Origin: Camelus dromedarius
Taxonomy: Eukaryota
Length of the DNA: 64,000 nucleotides
Direction of reading: 5' to 3'
NCBI RefSeq assembly: GCF_036321535.1
Contig: NC_087436.1
Location: forward strand, 116,562,001 to 116,626,000
The stretch's first letter is position 1. The number at the start of each line of letters is the position of its first letter. Under the pieces are notes generated by a model, which had not been told where the DNA came from, did no database searches, and was given only the letters and a program-made list of their open reading frames with translations. The translations under genes and the position numbers were made by a program. Below are positions 11,346 through 24,740 of the stretch, in pieces.

Positions 11346-12017
11346 CTCCCCTGCCCCTTCCCAACATTAAAAATTAAAAAGTCATTTTAACATTGGAACA
11401 TACAGAGTAGACTCCTCAAGGATTATGAATTTTATTAATATTTGTCTCTCAAATAAAAGAACAATTGGGGGGAAAATTGCATCCAGCCAAATCCATTTGA
11501 AATGGATGAGAGTTGAGCAGTAAATAATGAAGAAGAATGTAGACAGATACAAAAAGGGACTTGGACCATTTTCCCTCTAATAGGTGCCACAGACAGTTCA
11601 TTACTGATAAATGTAGAATAATGATGTCCTTAATGAGTCTTTTCACGCACAAATGCATCATAAAACAAGAGGACAAGGTAAAACAAAAAGTCTTTGAATA
11701 GCATTCATGCAGCATGGAAAGCAAAGATACTTTCACGTCCCATAAAGAGCAAGAGATTTCATGCAGCCTTCTGAGGTTTTCTTCATTGTGTTTATAGGCA
11801 GCTTCCCAACGTAATAGCTTTTCTTCTAGTATCTCAGAGGTAAATTTCAAGCTGCCCCACAGTTTGGGGCACTTGGAAGAGCCCAGAAGAGGAAGCTCTG
11901 CAGCCCTGTGTTTAAATCTCTAGAGCTCTTTACCATTTATTTGATCTTGAGCCATTTCTAACTTTCTCATTAGCAGTGCGAAGGTAATAACAGCTTTTTA
12001 TGTGCCTCACACTTGGT

Positions 12018-13066
12018 TGGTGTTCCTGGTTGAATTGTGTCCCCTCTAAAATTCACACTTTGATGTCCTCACCCAGAGTACCTAGAATGTGATTGTATGT
12101 CTAGTTGGATCTTTAAAGAGGTAATGAGTTGAAATGAAGTAATTAGGGTGGTCCCTGTGTTGCCGGTAGATGCAACCGGTGTTCCAGGTTCTTGCCCCGT
12201 CCCAGGAAGAATTCACAGACAAGACTTAGAGGTTAAAAAAAGGTAAAGTGAAAATTTATTAGAGGATGGATAGTACACTCTCAGGGGAGAGCGGGCAGGC
12301 TCAGATGAGTGGCTGCCCTGAGTTTATTTGGCAAGTTAGCTACATAGGGGGTAAAAATGAATGGGTAGAATATTCATTGGGGAGGGAAGGGTTTGGGGTC
12401 ATATTCCCTGATTATCTTCCCAACTCCACCTTCCCAAAGGGCGGAGGGATTTTTGTCCTTATTTAGTCTGGATCGGAAGTGCCATGGCGTTGGTGCATGA
12501 TGGGTACTTCTAATCTGCAAGGCTAATTTTATTGAAATAAAGGCATAATGAGCAAAAGGTCACATTCGGACACTAGAAATTCCTGCCTTTTCTCACCTTT
12601 CTTTGTTCTTCTCCAGGCCACTTGTCATCCCAAAAGGCATGATCCCTTATCAGCCCCAAGGTTCCTGCTTTTCTTTCTCTGCCCAAGGATCCCTGCTGCT
12701 TACATGATGTGTGGTTTCCTGCATTTGGCTTGTGCCCCTCCTTTCTGCCCAATTCCTGCCGTTTGGTCTGTGTCCCCCTTTCTCTGCTCATATCTAGCTA
12801 TCTGCCTGCTCTAACGTCTGATCCAATACGACTGGTGTCCCTATAAGGAGAGATCAGGACACAAACGCACACAGGGAAGACCACACGAGGACACAGGGAG
12901 AAAACCAACACCCACGAGACAACGAGAGTGACCTCAGAAGAAACCAACCTTGCCGGCACTTTGATCTTGAACTTCTAGCCTCTGGAACTGTTAGAAAATA
13001 CATTGATCTTGTTTGAGGCCCCCATTCTGGGGTATTTCATTATAGAAGTTCCAGCAGACCACTACA
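12018..13066 (+). mobile_element. MLT1A-type MaLR LTR split by an ERV LTR (MaLR parts about 12018-12157 and 12817-13066)
   Basis: ttgaattgtgtcccctctaaaattc...attagggtggtccctg | atccaatacgactggtgtcc...ttgaacttctagcctctggaactg. Confidence 0.85.
12158..12816 (-). mobile_element. ERV1-type solo LTR, 659 bp
   Basis: TGTTG...CTAACG termini; 4-bp TSD cctg/tctg; AATAAA on the - strand near 12255; CpG-richer than its flanks. Confidence 0.8.
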
Positions 13067-13354
13067 GTTGCAATGCTGAAAAAAATTAGGTAACAATTTT
13101 TGTGCACCTGCTCCATGAGTGGCACTTCACTGAGACTTTTTGGCAGCTACAGATGATGCCAAACACAGATGTTGTGTGGAAGTGTTTTTTGAGTTCACAG
13201 TGCAAAATGTGTTAACACTTCAGAGGTCAGGTCCACCACTCTGCTGTCCTCCATGTACACTGGACGTGAGGTCTTTCTGTGCAAAAGTCCACAATTTTGG
13301 TGACGAAACAAAAGCAAGCTGAACTAATTTCAGATCAACATAACTTAATGCCTG

Positions 13355-13936
13355 TTGTAGGCAGAATTCCAAGAAGGCCCCCCAAGGACCCTCCCCAACC
13401 CCAGTGTACATGCCCAGTATAATCTCTTCCATTTGAGAGTGAGTGGGATTGTGGTTTGAGTAGGGACTGTTACATGGTAAAAGGGATGAAATAGTCACTC
13501 CCACGATAGCATCACATTACGTAGACGACTCCCCCCAGCAGAGCAAAGGGAGAGCTTCTCTGGCTTTGAAGGAGAAAGTGGCCATGTTGTGGAAGAGCCG
13601 CATGACTGGGATCTGAGCTGGCCTGTAGGAGCTGAGAGCAACCCCTGGCCAAGAGCCAGAAAGAAAACGGGAACCTCGGTCCTGTAACCCCAAGGAACTA
13701 AATTCTTCCACAGCCTGAACGGCTGTGAAAGAGGACCCAGAACCTTTGATAAGATCAAAGCTGCAGCCAGCTCCCTGATTCCAGCCAGATTCGTCTGCCC
13801 TGGGACCCTGAGTTGGAGATTCGGCTAACCCAGGCCCAGACTCTTGGTCCAAGGAAATTTCGAGACAGTAGAGTTGGCTGTCTAAAGCTGCTAAGTCAGC
13901 GATCACCAGTTACAGCAGAGAGAGGAGACCAACGCA
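13355..13936 (+). mobile_element. MLT1E-type MaLR LTR
   Basis: tgtaggcagaattccaagaaggcccc...ctaaagctgctaag; accounts for track ORFs 13495-13906. Confidence 0.8.
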
Positions 13937-14425
13937 AGGCCAGCTTGCTGACTCTCCCCCACTCTTCACACAAAGGCCATGCACAGACGCACTTTTCCAC
14001 GCATACACACACACTGTATTTAGCATCCAGTCTTGTCTCACCACAGGCCTTTCTTCTTCTTGAGGTAGGGAATCAGAACATTTGACAAAAAGAAAGAAAA
14101 GTCTCCATCTCTTTCTGACTATGAAGGAAAGAATAACTTCATACTCGTATTTCAAGTCTGGGGACAGCTCGAAGGACCAGACAGGCTGAGTTACAGACTG
14201 CCCTTAAAGACAGGGACACTTATCACCAGCAGGCGCTTCCTATCAAGTGATCACGTGTCAGCCAGTCAGTCCGTAAGAAATTTGTTTTTGTGAGTAAAAA
14301 AAGAAAAAAGATAAATATAAATCCTAGCTGTGCCATTTGCCATCTGAGCGTGGCTAGTCTTTAACTCTCTAAACCCAAGTTTTCTCACCTGTAAAATGGA
14401 GACAGCAATACCCACCTCCTGAGAC

Positions 14426-14751
14426 TTTTTTTTTTATTGAGATATAATCTTATACCTTAAAATCCACCATTTTAAAGTGTACAAGCTAGTGGGTTTATGT
14501 ATAAAGTTGTGCCAACATCATCATTATCTAATCCCAGAACATTTTCATCACCCCCCAAAAGTTTCTCTTTAGCCAACAGCAATCACTCTCAACCCTCCTC
14601 TCCCCAGGTCTTAGCAACACTAATTTATTTTCATTCTCTATGGATTTTTCTATTCTTGACATTTTACATAAGTAGAATCATACAATATGTGGCCTTTTGT
14701 GTCTGGTTTCTTTCACTTAGCATAGTATTTTCAAGATTCATCCATGTTGTA
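14426..14751 (-). mobile_element. L1MA/MB 3' end inserted into a MIR (MIR parts about 14320-14425 and 14752-14845)
   Basis: Poly-T, then attgagatataat...ttttaaagtgtaca; flanking duplication acctcctgag / acctcatgag. Confidence 0.85.
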
Positions 14752-15099
14752 ACCTCATGAGGTTTTTGTAATTAAAAAGAAAAATCTCAATCTAGAGCTT
14801 GGCTCCCCGTGAGGCATCAGTAAATGTCAGTTGTTATTATTAATGAGATAAATATTATAGACCTGTGAGCAGCTAGCTTTTGAGGTCAGCAGAGATCATT
14901 TCAACCTGTCATAGCATGCAGTGTAGACATCCCTGCTCACAAGATCCTTGGTTTCTTTTGAAAATCTCCAGGTACTGGGCACTTGCTATTGAGAAAGGCA
15001 GAACTTCCCTGTGGCTGCAAGATTCTGACTTCTGAAAAACTAATCTTCACATTAAGACAAAATCTGCCTTCTCTCAACTTCTACCAACTAGTCCTTCTT

Positions 15100-15511
15100 A
15101 TGCATTGAATTGTGCTCCCCTGAGAAAAGATACATTGAAATTCCAGCCCCCAGTACGCTGCAGACGTAGTCAGGTTAAGAGAAGGGCACCAGGGTGGGCC
15201 ATGACCCTATATGGCCAATATCCTTGTAAAAAGGAAAATTTCTAAACAGATAACATACAGAGAGGTGTCCATGTGAAGATATAAGTCAGGGTGATGTTTC
15301 CATAAGCCAAGGAATGACAAAGATTGCCAACTAACTACCAGGAACCAGGAGGGAGACCTGGGACAGACCCCCACCCCTACCCCTCAGGAGGAACCAACCC
15401 TGCCGACACCTTAATCTCAGGCTTCTAGTTTCAAGAACTGTGAGATAATGCATTTCTGTTGCTAAGCCACTGAGTATGTGGTACCATTACAGCAGCCTCA
15501 GAAAACTGTGC
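15100..15511 (+). mobile_element. MLT1B/C-type MaLR LTR
   Basis: ttgaattgtgctcccc...ggaaccaaccctgccgacaccttaatctcagg...taagccactgagtatgtggtac. Confidence 0.85.
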
Positions 15512-15919
15512 AGCCTTGTCGTTTTGCTCAGGTGCCAAATAGGTTGCCTCCTTCAGCATATGATGATCTTTCAAATGCGTGTTCCATCTTGAAGGATCTT
15601 TTCTCTCCAGGGTAATGATCATGTTCTTCTGGCTGTGCAGCCTCCACTCTACTGCAATCTTCTGCTCTCCTCTGCATGTGCAGTGCCTTATCAGTAAATG
15701 CAAGTTTTCAGGATGCTTACTGAGCCTTCAACAGTAAATATTCTTAATATAACAAACATTCCCCTTTACCATTTTATTTGAACCATGGGAGTCTACACTG
15801 TGCATAGGAAGGAACTATATGATTCAACACTTGCTGGAATTTGAGCAAACTCAGTAAATAAAGTTGACATAACCAAGGTGGGGCTGCCTGGAGTGGAGCT
15901 TCCTCCAAAAATATCCTTA

Positions 15920-16438
15920 ATACTGTTCACCATTCTTCCATCTCTCATCCTAGTCAGGCCAGCATCATTTCACACCTAGATTTCGACAATAACCTCCTGA
16001 CTGCTCTTCCTGACCCCATTCTTGTCCACCTTGTAGGTCACCCTTCATCCTACAGCCAAAGCGATCTCTGTAAGACACAAATTAGATTAGGAATTAAGAT
16101 CTTTCATGCATTTTCACCACAACAGACTAAAATCCTTGCCTGGGACTATGTGGTCCCACGTGATACAGCCACGGCCACCCTCTCCAATGTCATCTCCTGC
16201 CATTCTCTCCATTCACCAGCACATCTCCTCCATTCATGACCACATGTGGTCATTCCCCTCCTCCAGATCCTCACCTCCAAGCTTCCCTCTTCATGGAAAA
16301 CATCTCTCCCTCTCCATCTTCTCATCTTTATGGCTGGATTTCTCATTATTGAGGCATCAACTCAAATTTCCCCTCCCCAGAGAGGCCTCACTTGACCCTC
16401 CAACTAAAGTAATGACCCCAATCTACCCCAGGATTCTG

Positions 16439-16483
<45 letters not shown>

Positions 16484-16630
16484 CATGTGCATGTCTGCCC
16501 AGAATTTCCCATTTTCCAAAATCGTCCAATGTGTTTATTATCCATTTGATTCATGACTCTATTCCCAGCAGTGAGACTAGTGTTTGGAATAAAATAGTTG
16601 CTCATTAAATACTTGTTGGAAAAATAGAAT
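15920..16630 (+). mobile_element. L2 LINE 3' fragment containing (GT)n at 16443-16480
   Basis: aataacctcctgactgctcttcctg...ctcattaaatacttgttgga; accounts for track ORF 16106-16549. Confidence 0.78.
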
Positions 16631-17934
16631 AAATCTATGAACAAATAAGAGTTGATGGGAAGAAGAATTGGAAGATTAGGTCAACTTCAGAGAAGGAACA
16701 CCTCTGAATTATACGCAAAATTGTAGCAAGGAAGCAAAGCAAATGTTCTTGGAGGGAAGGTGCAACTGGAAAAAAGGCTTGAGGAGGTGGATGCCTCTGT
16801 CATGTGCCATTTTATTCTCCCTATCAGAGGGGTTAGGAATAAGGAATCTGACTCAGAACAAGCAAGATCAACACTTCTGGATTCCAGATTCACAAACACA
16901 GGGCATGGAGTGGAGCATTTCCTTTACACTGAATGTTCTTCCAGGACCAAAGTGGGGTCTTAAATATACCACATAAGGAAAATTAGAAACACAGACCTAC
17001 CGTTTCTCAGCTCTTCTCTGTCCATAGGTTTCTCAGAAGTCCCTTAAGATTTGGCAGTTTTGCTGTCTAACCATTGACAAGACATCTGAGCCTCTTTGGA
17101 AAAAAATCTGCCAGGCAAGGAATGATTGTTACAACAGGCACAGACAATCCCCAAACAGAGAGCCAGGGGCCTGTCCCAGGGGCAGCCCAGCCTCGAACAA
17201 ATCAGCTCCCAATGAGATCCACCTGAGTGAGAAATGGCTCACTGCAGGCCACCTTGTGCTCCACGCCATCTGGCTCCCCGCACGCCCTTCCTTGCTGAGT
17301 TTTAATTTCCGAACCAGACGCACTGCCACAATTATGTTTTACTTCCTTTTTATGCATCCTGCTGTGGGAACACAGAAGCTTCTGGTAATTAAACGTCTAT
17401 TTTGTTAACGGTGAGGAAGTTTCTGCACCTAACCATTTCTCTATTTGCTGGAGACACAGCAGGGAGAAATCCCAGGCTTTTAGCACCTTGGATAGATCCC
17501 AGGTCACCAGGGCACAGACCCGTTAACTCTGGAAGCAAATCTATGATGAGAGAAGAGAAGTATTTGGAGCCTGCTAAGTTTCTTGCTTAACCTCTCCTGA
17601 TACACTGTGTGCCTTTGAGCCACTCTTACTGTCCTGGGAACCAGTCTCCCTGTGATTCCCCACCCATAGAAGGAGAAACCCATGTAAGATAGAGGTAAAT
17701 TTCAATAAGATAAAAGGTGCTCATATGATTTGTTGACACATGTTTCAGACTCCACCCTTTGTTTTCTTAAGCATATGTACCCACTGACCCTGCTGCTTCT
17801 ATGAGACCACAGAAGAATTCTATCTGGTATGTACACCCTTAAAAAAATTAGTCCAGCATTGAAAATCAAGGAATTCACATGTGTTTGGTAATTTCCAATT
17901 TACCCTGAAATGGAAGATCTGATAACTTGAAGAA

Positions 17935-18372
17935 CACACTTTTACGCAGTTGCACCTTCGACCAACACCTCCCCAGGTCCCCCTCCCCACTTCCCCTGGA
18001 AACACCCTGGCAACTACACTCTGCTTCTGTGAGTTCATTTCCACACGGTTTCACTAGATTCTGCTTACATGTGAGGTCATGCAGTATTTGTATTTCTGTG
18101 TCTGGCTTATTCCATGTAGCTTAATGTCCTCCAGATCCAGGCATATTGCTGCAAATGGTAAAATATTCTTTTCTTAAGTCTCAATAATATTTCACTGTAT
18201 GTGGATAACACATTTTCTTTATCCATTCATCTCTCAATGGACATTTGGTTTGTTTTCATATTTGACTATTGTGAATAATGCTGTCACATACACAGTAAGG
18301 AAAGTATCTATTTGTGATCCAGATTTCAATTCCTTTGGCTAATGTCCAGAAGTGGGATTGCTGTATCAAATG
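17935..18372 (-). mobile_element. L1MA-type 3' fragment
   Basis: ctggcaactacactctgcttctgtgagttc...ttttctttatccattcatct...ccagaagtgggattgctg. Confidence 0.85.
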
Positions 18373-18524
18373 GTAAAGAATTGTCAGATGGATGATTATT
18401 AAGTGTCCTTTCTAAATTGATCTGACCAGTTTGGCTTCCACATACTTATTTGTTAAATGATAATAATGATTGTTCCTCTACCTACTTTATAGGACTTTTG
18501 TAAGTAGAAAGATAATATTAAAAA

Positions 18525-19048
18525 CTGCCAAGACATGGAAGCAACATAAATGTCCATCAACAGATGACTAGATAAAGAAATTGAGGTAAATCTATAGAAT
18601 ACAACTCAGCCATAAAAATAATAAAATAATGCCATTTGCAACAACATGGATGGACACACTAAGTGAAGTAAGCCAGAAAGAGAAAGAAAAATACCATATG
18701 ATATCACTTAAATGTATAATCTGAAAAAATGACACAAATGAACTTACTTACAAAACAGAAACAGACTCACAAACATAACAAAACTAATGATTACCAGGGA
18801 GGGGTGGGATGGTGGGTAAATTGGGAGTTTGGGATTTGCAGATACTAACACTATATATAAAATAGATAAATAACAAGGTCTTACTGTACAGAACAGGGAG
18901 CTATATTCAATACCTTGGAAAAGCCTATAATGAAAAAGAGTATGAGAAGGAATACATATATATATGCATATATATAACTGAATCATTATTCTGTACACCA
19001 GAAATTAACACAACATTGTAAACTGACTATACTTCAATAAAAAAAAAT
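18525..19048 (+). mobile_element. 5'-truncated young L1 3' end with A tail
   Basis: gccaagacatggaagcaac...tgactatacttcaataaaaaaaaa. Confidence 0.9.
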
Positions 19049-19469
19049 ACTTAGTCTGACTCATTTTAGAAATCTATATTTTATGCCATCAATAGAAGTG
19101 ATCAAAACAGCCTTTTCCTCTAAAAAAAAAAAAGAATATCAAAAATATTTATTTATTTACTTGTTCATTGAGCAATTCTGAGCACCATGGTTCCTACTGA
19201 TTGGAGGGTATCTCCAGTAAAAGGTTTTCCTGAAACATCATTCTTCATCAGGCATTATGTTAAGGGTCCTAGACGTGCTTCCAAATCTACTGGGCTCCCC
19301 TATGATATTGATCAGGGTCCAATAAAGAGTCTTAACTAGGTCAATCAAAGAAAAACAATTCAATTCCAATTAGGAGTTAAAAAACACACCATTAATGGAA
19401 CAGGAAAAATTTAATGGAAAGGATTACCAGTTTGAAATAAGGGATTAATGACTGAGGGGGATCTACCTC

Positions 19470-20010
19470 AAAGCGCTTACGTAACATGCAGCATTAAGTG
19501 TTTTTCCCCCCGTTGGACTGGGCGTCTCTTTGGCTCTCCAGACCTAAGCACAATGTTGGACGTCCAATGACTGTTGAATGGTTATTGAGGTAACAAATGA
19601 ATGGAAACATAAAGTGTAAGAGGACTTAGAGGTTTAAATTACTACAATGTATAGCCACACACGCCTTAGGGTAGTTCTGGACAAAGACTGATGAGAGAAA
19701 GGTAGAGAGAGGGGAAGGCACATTACAGACAGAGCAGCATTGGCAAACAAGAGAGGAATGAGAAAACAAGGCATGTTCTGGCAACTGCTGGTCACCCATC
19801 TTTTCTAAAGCATGAGTTTTGAAGAAGAAAGTAGGAAAATATAAAGTTGGAGAGAGAAGGCAGGAGATACACCGTGAGAAGGAATTTAGATCTTGTTTAG
19901 TTTAAGGGGAGCTACTGGAGAGTTTGGGCAGAGGCCATGGTAGGATAGGAAGTGTGTGGGGATAGGTCATCCTGGAACTCAGGGAATGGCACTTTGGTTG
20001 AATGGAAAGG
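19470..20010. mobile_element. Two degenerate L2 fragments in opposite orientation
   Basis: L2 3' end on + (about 19470-19600) and L2 text on - (ggaatttagatcttg...ggggagctactggagagttt). Confidence 0.55.
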
Positions 20011-21989
20011 GCGGTACTTCTGGAAAGTAAAATGTTTTGCATTTTATGTATATATGGACACAAGTAAGTCAATCAAAGAAAACCAATTCAAAACCAAAAA
20101 AAATTAAAAAAGAACTGCAAGGTCTTATGCTTAGGAATCTTGTCTGGTTAATTCAAATGTAATAAATACTGGAAATATTTCTATATTTCTTAAAAGCTGT
20201 GTAGCCAAAAGAGTAAAACATTTAAAATACACTTTTGAACTCTTTTCAAAGAATTGACTGCTACATCATAATGACCTACATTCAAAGGTAGTGTATTTCC
20301 AGTGTTCTCAGTGGGGGCTGTATTAACAGCTTTGAAATAAAAGCCCAAGTTCACTATATGTGAATTCCAACAAAGTCATATAAAATAGAACTCTCCTTCT
20401 ATTTCCTTTACCCCTTCCCCATAAATTCACACATGCACATAAATGCATCAGAAACAATATTATTTTAGATAAAATTTCTTTAAGCTCTTGGATTTAGCAA
20501 GTTGGCTACTCACTTAACTCCACTGAGCCTTACTTTATTCATCTGTAAAAAGGGCACACTTACTCTCTTTTCATGGATTATATAATATTCCTATTAAAAG
20601 CATTTTTATTTAAGAAATTTTATTTTAGAAAAGCATTGTATTTTTTACCTTGTGTATACCCTTAATTCATTCTCAGTAGATCATAATTTAGTGGAATCAT
20701 AGGGTAGTATCCACAGTTATAGAGTGGAAATGATTTATCTTTCTATAAGCCATTGCTTTACTTAAGTAAAAAATGGATAAATAGGGCCTGTCCATTTAAC
20801 AGAGAATCATTTACTATAAAAAAAATATTGAATTTCTTGACAATGGCATGCTGAGGAAAACAAACCCCCTCTCTTTTTGGGAACTAGTCATTTATTTAGC
20901 TCTGCCTAATTAAAACCAAGTTTCTAAGGCTTGAATGCCTCATAAATTTTATCATGTAGTGAATACATAGTTTTATTTATTGTTTAATTAAATTAGCTAT
21001 AACTTGATGTTTGCATTCATACCAATCATCCTTTAAAGTGTTTTGGTGTTTCAGTGGATACCCAAATTTCCTCTAAGTGAGCAACAATATTCTGATCAGT
21101 AGAAAAAGCGGAAACTGGGAACACTTAATTCAGATGGCCGGTGTGAGAATTAACTGAGATCGTTATTGTAAAGTACTTTTGGGAAGCCTTGAATGTGGTA
21201 TTTGAGAAATAGAGAGTGGCTACTAACACTGTTTTTATTTTAATCATGTTCCACTGCTTCTACTGATGAAAGCTTTTAGAACACTGTGTAGCACACAAAA
21301 ATAATTGATCAATAATTTTAAATTACCTTATATTACTCTAAATAATGCATGATAAAAGATTTACGGGTTGAAGATGAAGAAGAGACCCATTAAGAAATAA
21401 AACTCTGCATCCTGATGTACCCTGCTTAATCAAAGTGGTTAAATGAATGTCTATTATGACCTTCTTAAAAAAGTAAATCATATGGATCACCAAGCTGTGT
21501 ATACATAATGAAGCAATTCAAACCACATAAGAGATTTCAGATAGTCTCCTTCTTCCCTTCTACAGCTTATTTATTTTGTAAGAGAAATGTTCACTTAAAG
21601 GTTGTCAGTAAAATGTGTTTGTCTGTTTGTTTTGGTTAAACAGAAAGAATATCCATTGGAGTAACTGGTGTTGATTCAACAAAGGACCTCAGGGTTACTC
21701 TTTAGTTTTGTGACTATGAGGTAAGTAGGCATCCATACTTGACAGAGAAATAGCATACATATGATATTTTTCTTGGAAAATAACTTCTTCATGCAGCTTA
21801 AAGGCTGCTGAAGAGCAGGGTGGAAAACACTTTCTCTAGAGTCTCAAACCCCTTGAAAGTAAGAGAAAAGAGATGGAATGTCTGCTACACAGTAAGAGCT
21901 CAAAAATATGTATTGAATAAACTAATAAATGAGTCCTGATCTTTTCTCTTTTTTTTGAACTTCAACAATACTGCCTATAGACATTGTCA

Positions 21990-24640
21990 TGGAAGTTTGG
22001 AGAAATAGTTACTGTTATAAACTTTTGGCAAGAATGCAAATTTGTACAATGTTTGGGAAAGCTAGTTTGCAATATAGAGCAAATGCTTAAATGTCTTTCT
22101 TTAAGCATTATGGTTAAGGTGAACTAGTTTTGTGCAGAGGGACATTCCCACTGTAAAATAAAAAAAAAAAAAAACAAGAAATGCTAGAAAAATACTTTTA
22201 AACATATTTGAAGATGTCAGAGAATTATTATTTTACTTGACCTAAAATCCACCCAGATGACCACAATATTTGGCACTAATTTTCATCTTGTTGGATTCTC
22301 CATTTCTCAAGAGCCACTGGCAGACTAACAAGCAGAAGAGAGCTTCCAGCATCCTCATGGGTCTATTTTTTTTTAATGTCGTTCAGTTGATCAGAATTCA
22401 AAATGACTATGACCTAGGACAAGGGACCAGATTTCACAAACACAGAACCCCAGCCTCCAAGAGGAGGCTAAGGAAAAATGATGAGTAAATGTGATGGGGT
22501 ATCCTGGGTGGGGTCCTAAGAGAGAAAAAGACATTAGGTAAAAGCTGAAGAACTCTGATCAACACACAAACTTTAGTTTATAATAATGTACCAGTATTGG
22601 TTTATTAACTATAATGAACTACCATACTAATGTAAGATATTAACAATAAGGGAAACTGAGTGTGGGTGTATGGAAATTCTATGTACTATCATATCAATTT
22701 TTCTATTAATCTCACTTCATGTAGTTTAAAAGAGATACTTTATAAATATAAGAACATAGAGGAATTAGAAGTAAAGAGATGTAGCAATATGTCATCAAAA
22801 CATTAACCAAAAGAAGTCTGACAAATATAATTATCAGAATAGCATAAGCTAATATTTTTCATTTTTTAGTATTAGGAGTTTAAATATTACTTTAAGATAT
22901 CAAAATAATGATTTTAAAATTTGTAAAAGAGAAAGAAGAATATTTCATTGTTTTAAAGTGTTTGTCCAATAGGATTATACAGAACTTCTAATTATTCTTT
23001 TTCCTCTAACAACATATACATATACAGCAAATGTTGACAAATTTAAGAGGATAATAAGAAAAATGTTCAATTATTGTGAAAATTTTGTCACACACTTCTC
23101 AGTCACAGATAGAACAAGCATTAATAAAATCAGAGAAAGAAAAATTGAGAAGCTTACTGAAAATTAAAAATAAAATTTAAAAATTCTGACCTATTTGACA
23201 TACATAGAACGCTTCATGTGAAAACTACAGGATACTTTCAAATACTTTCAAATGCACATAAAACTGAAATCATACAAAGACATAAAACTAAGCTTTAAAT
23301 GAATAACAAGAAAATGAAAAATCTATTTTTTTTATTTCAAAAGCAATAAAAACACTTCTAAATGAATGGGTCAATGAAGAAATCACAATGAAAATCAGAA
23401 AATATTTTGGACAGAATGAAAATGTGAATAAAACATCAGAGCTTATGATGAGGCTATAACTGTGATTAGAAGAAAAGTTCTCATCTTAAATGTTTATATA
23501 ATTTGTTTTAAAAGATTAAAAATGGATGGATAGAAATGCTTCTAAGATATTGAAAGAATGTCAAATTAGCCCAAACAAAATTAAAGAAAAAATTAGAAAA
23601 CAAGAAGAAAAAAAGGGAAAATAAACATACAATGTAGACAATGAACAAAGTCAGAAGCCAATTGGTTGAAACAAATAGTAAAATTGATCATTCTCTAGCA
23701 AAGGCTAATCAATACTTAAAAAAGCACAAATTAACAATATTAGAATAAAGATAGGGTGGATCCAATAGATGTTAAAACAAGAAGATATTGTGAACAACTT
23801 TATGGAATTATTTGAAATTTAGGGAAAATTGACAAATTTAATAAAAAAATTACAACTTACCAAAACTAATTCAAGAAAAACTGACAAAATTAATGTCTAA
23901 GCATTATGTAAAATTCTAAATACAAAACTTAAGCAAACTAGAGATAGTAGTGAACTTTCTTAATGAGATAAAATATTTTTTTTATACTACAAAAAAGTAC
24001 ACTTAATGGCAAAACATTGGAAATTTTCCTCCTGAGATCAGGACTCAGGCAATAGGAAACTACTTTTATTCAGCATTCCTCTGGAGACAATAGCCAATAC
24101 AGTAAGGCAAGAGAAGTAACAGAACTGGAAAATTTAAAATGCAGCTATCATCACTCACACAGTACTTGCATATATCTATCGAATACACAGAAAATATTTT
24201 TTAAGACTATAATGTATTATATTTAAGAAATGAATTTAGCAAGTTCATTGGATAGAAAGTTAATAGATGAAAGGCTATTGCATTTATATTTCACAGTAAC
24301 AGTTAGAAAATGAAATTGAAATACTGTTTACAAATATATATACATACGTACAGTTATATATATACACGTGTGTACATACATATATATATATAATTACATT
24401 GTATGCATTTCCCAAGATCTCCATAAAGACATTACAGAGATCTAAATAAATCGGGGACTATAATATGTATAGATTTTCCTCAAATTGGTCTAGAGTTTTG
24501 ATATAATTCTTAGCAGAGGTAGCTACGTGTGTATGTGTATGTGTAAACTCGTATCCCATAAGCATTCCACATTACTGTTACAAAGACTTAAGTGGAAATG
24601 GGAAAAGCCATGAATAAACAAGATAATCTTAGAAAAGATT
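21990..24640 (+). mobile_element. Ancient L1 fragments (L1MC/MD 3' piece about 22430-22710; decayed ORF2 about 22720-24640)
   Basis: A-rich decayed ORF2 text: aaacacttctaaatgaatgggtcaatgaagaaatcaca; tgaatttagcaagttcattggatagaaag. Confidence 0.8.
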
Positions 24641-24740
24641 TTATGGAAAACAGGTAATTTTTGTAACATGGCTTTTATCATTTATTTCTCAAAATCTGCA
24701 ATAAATGAGGAGAGCCTTCACTAGCCAAAACCCACCTTAC

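Noticed and set aside
11449..11850. 133-aa minus-strand ORF (…LEEKLLRWEAAYKHNEENLRRLHE…)
   Set aside because: Non-ATG start, no splice framework or recognisable domain, and a Leu/Cys/Phe-rich composition typical of chance antisense frames.
16106..16549. 147-aa plus-strand ORF
   Set aside because: Lies entirely in an L2 fragment and a (GT)n microsatellite.
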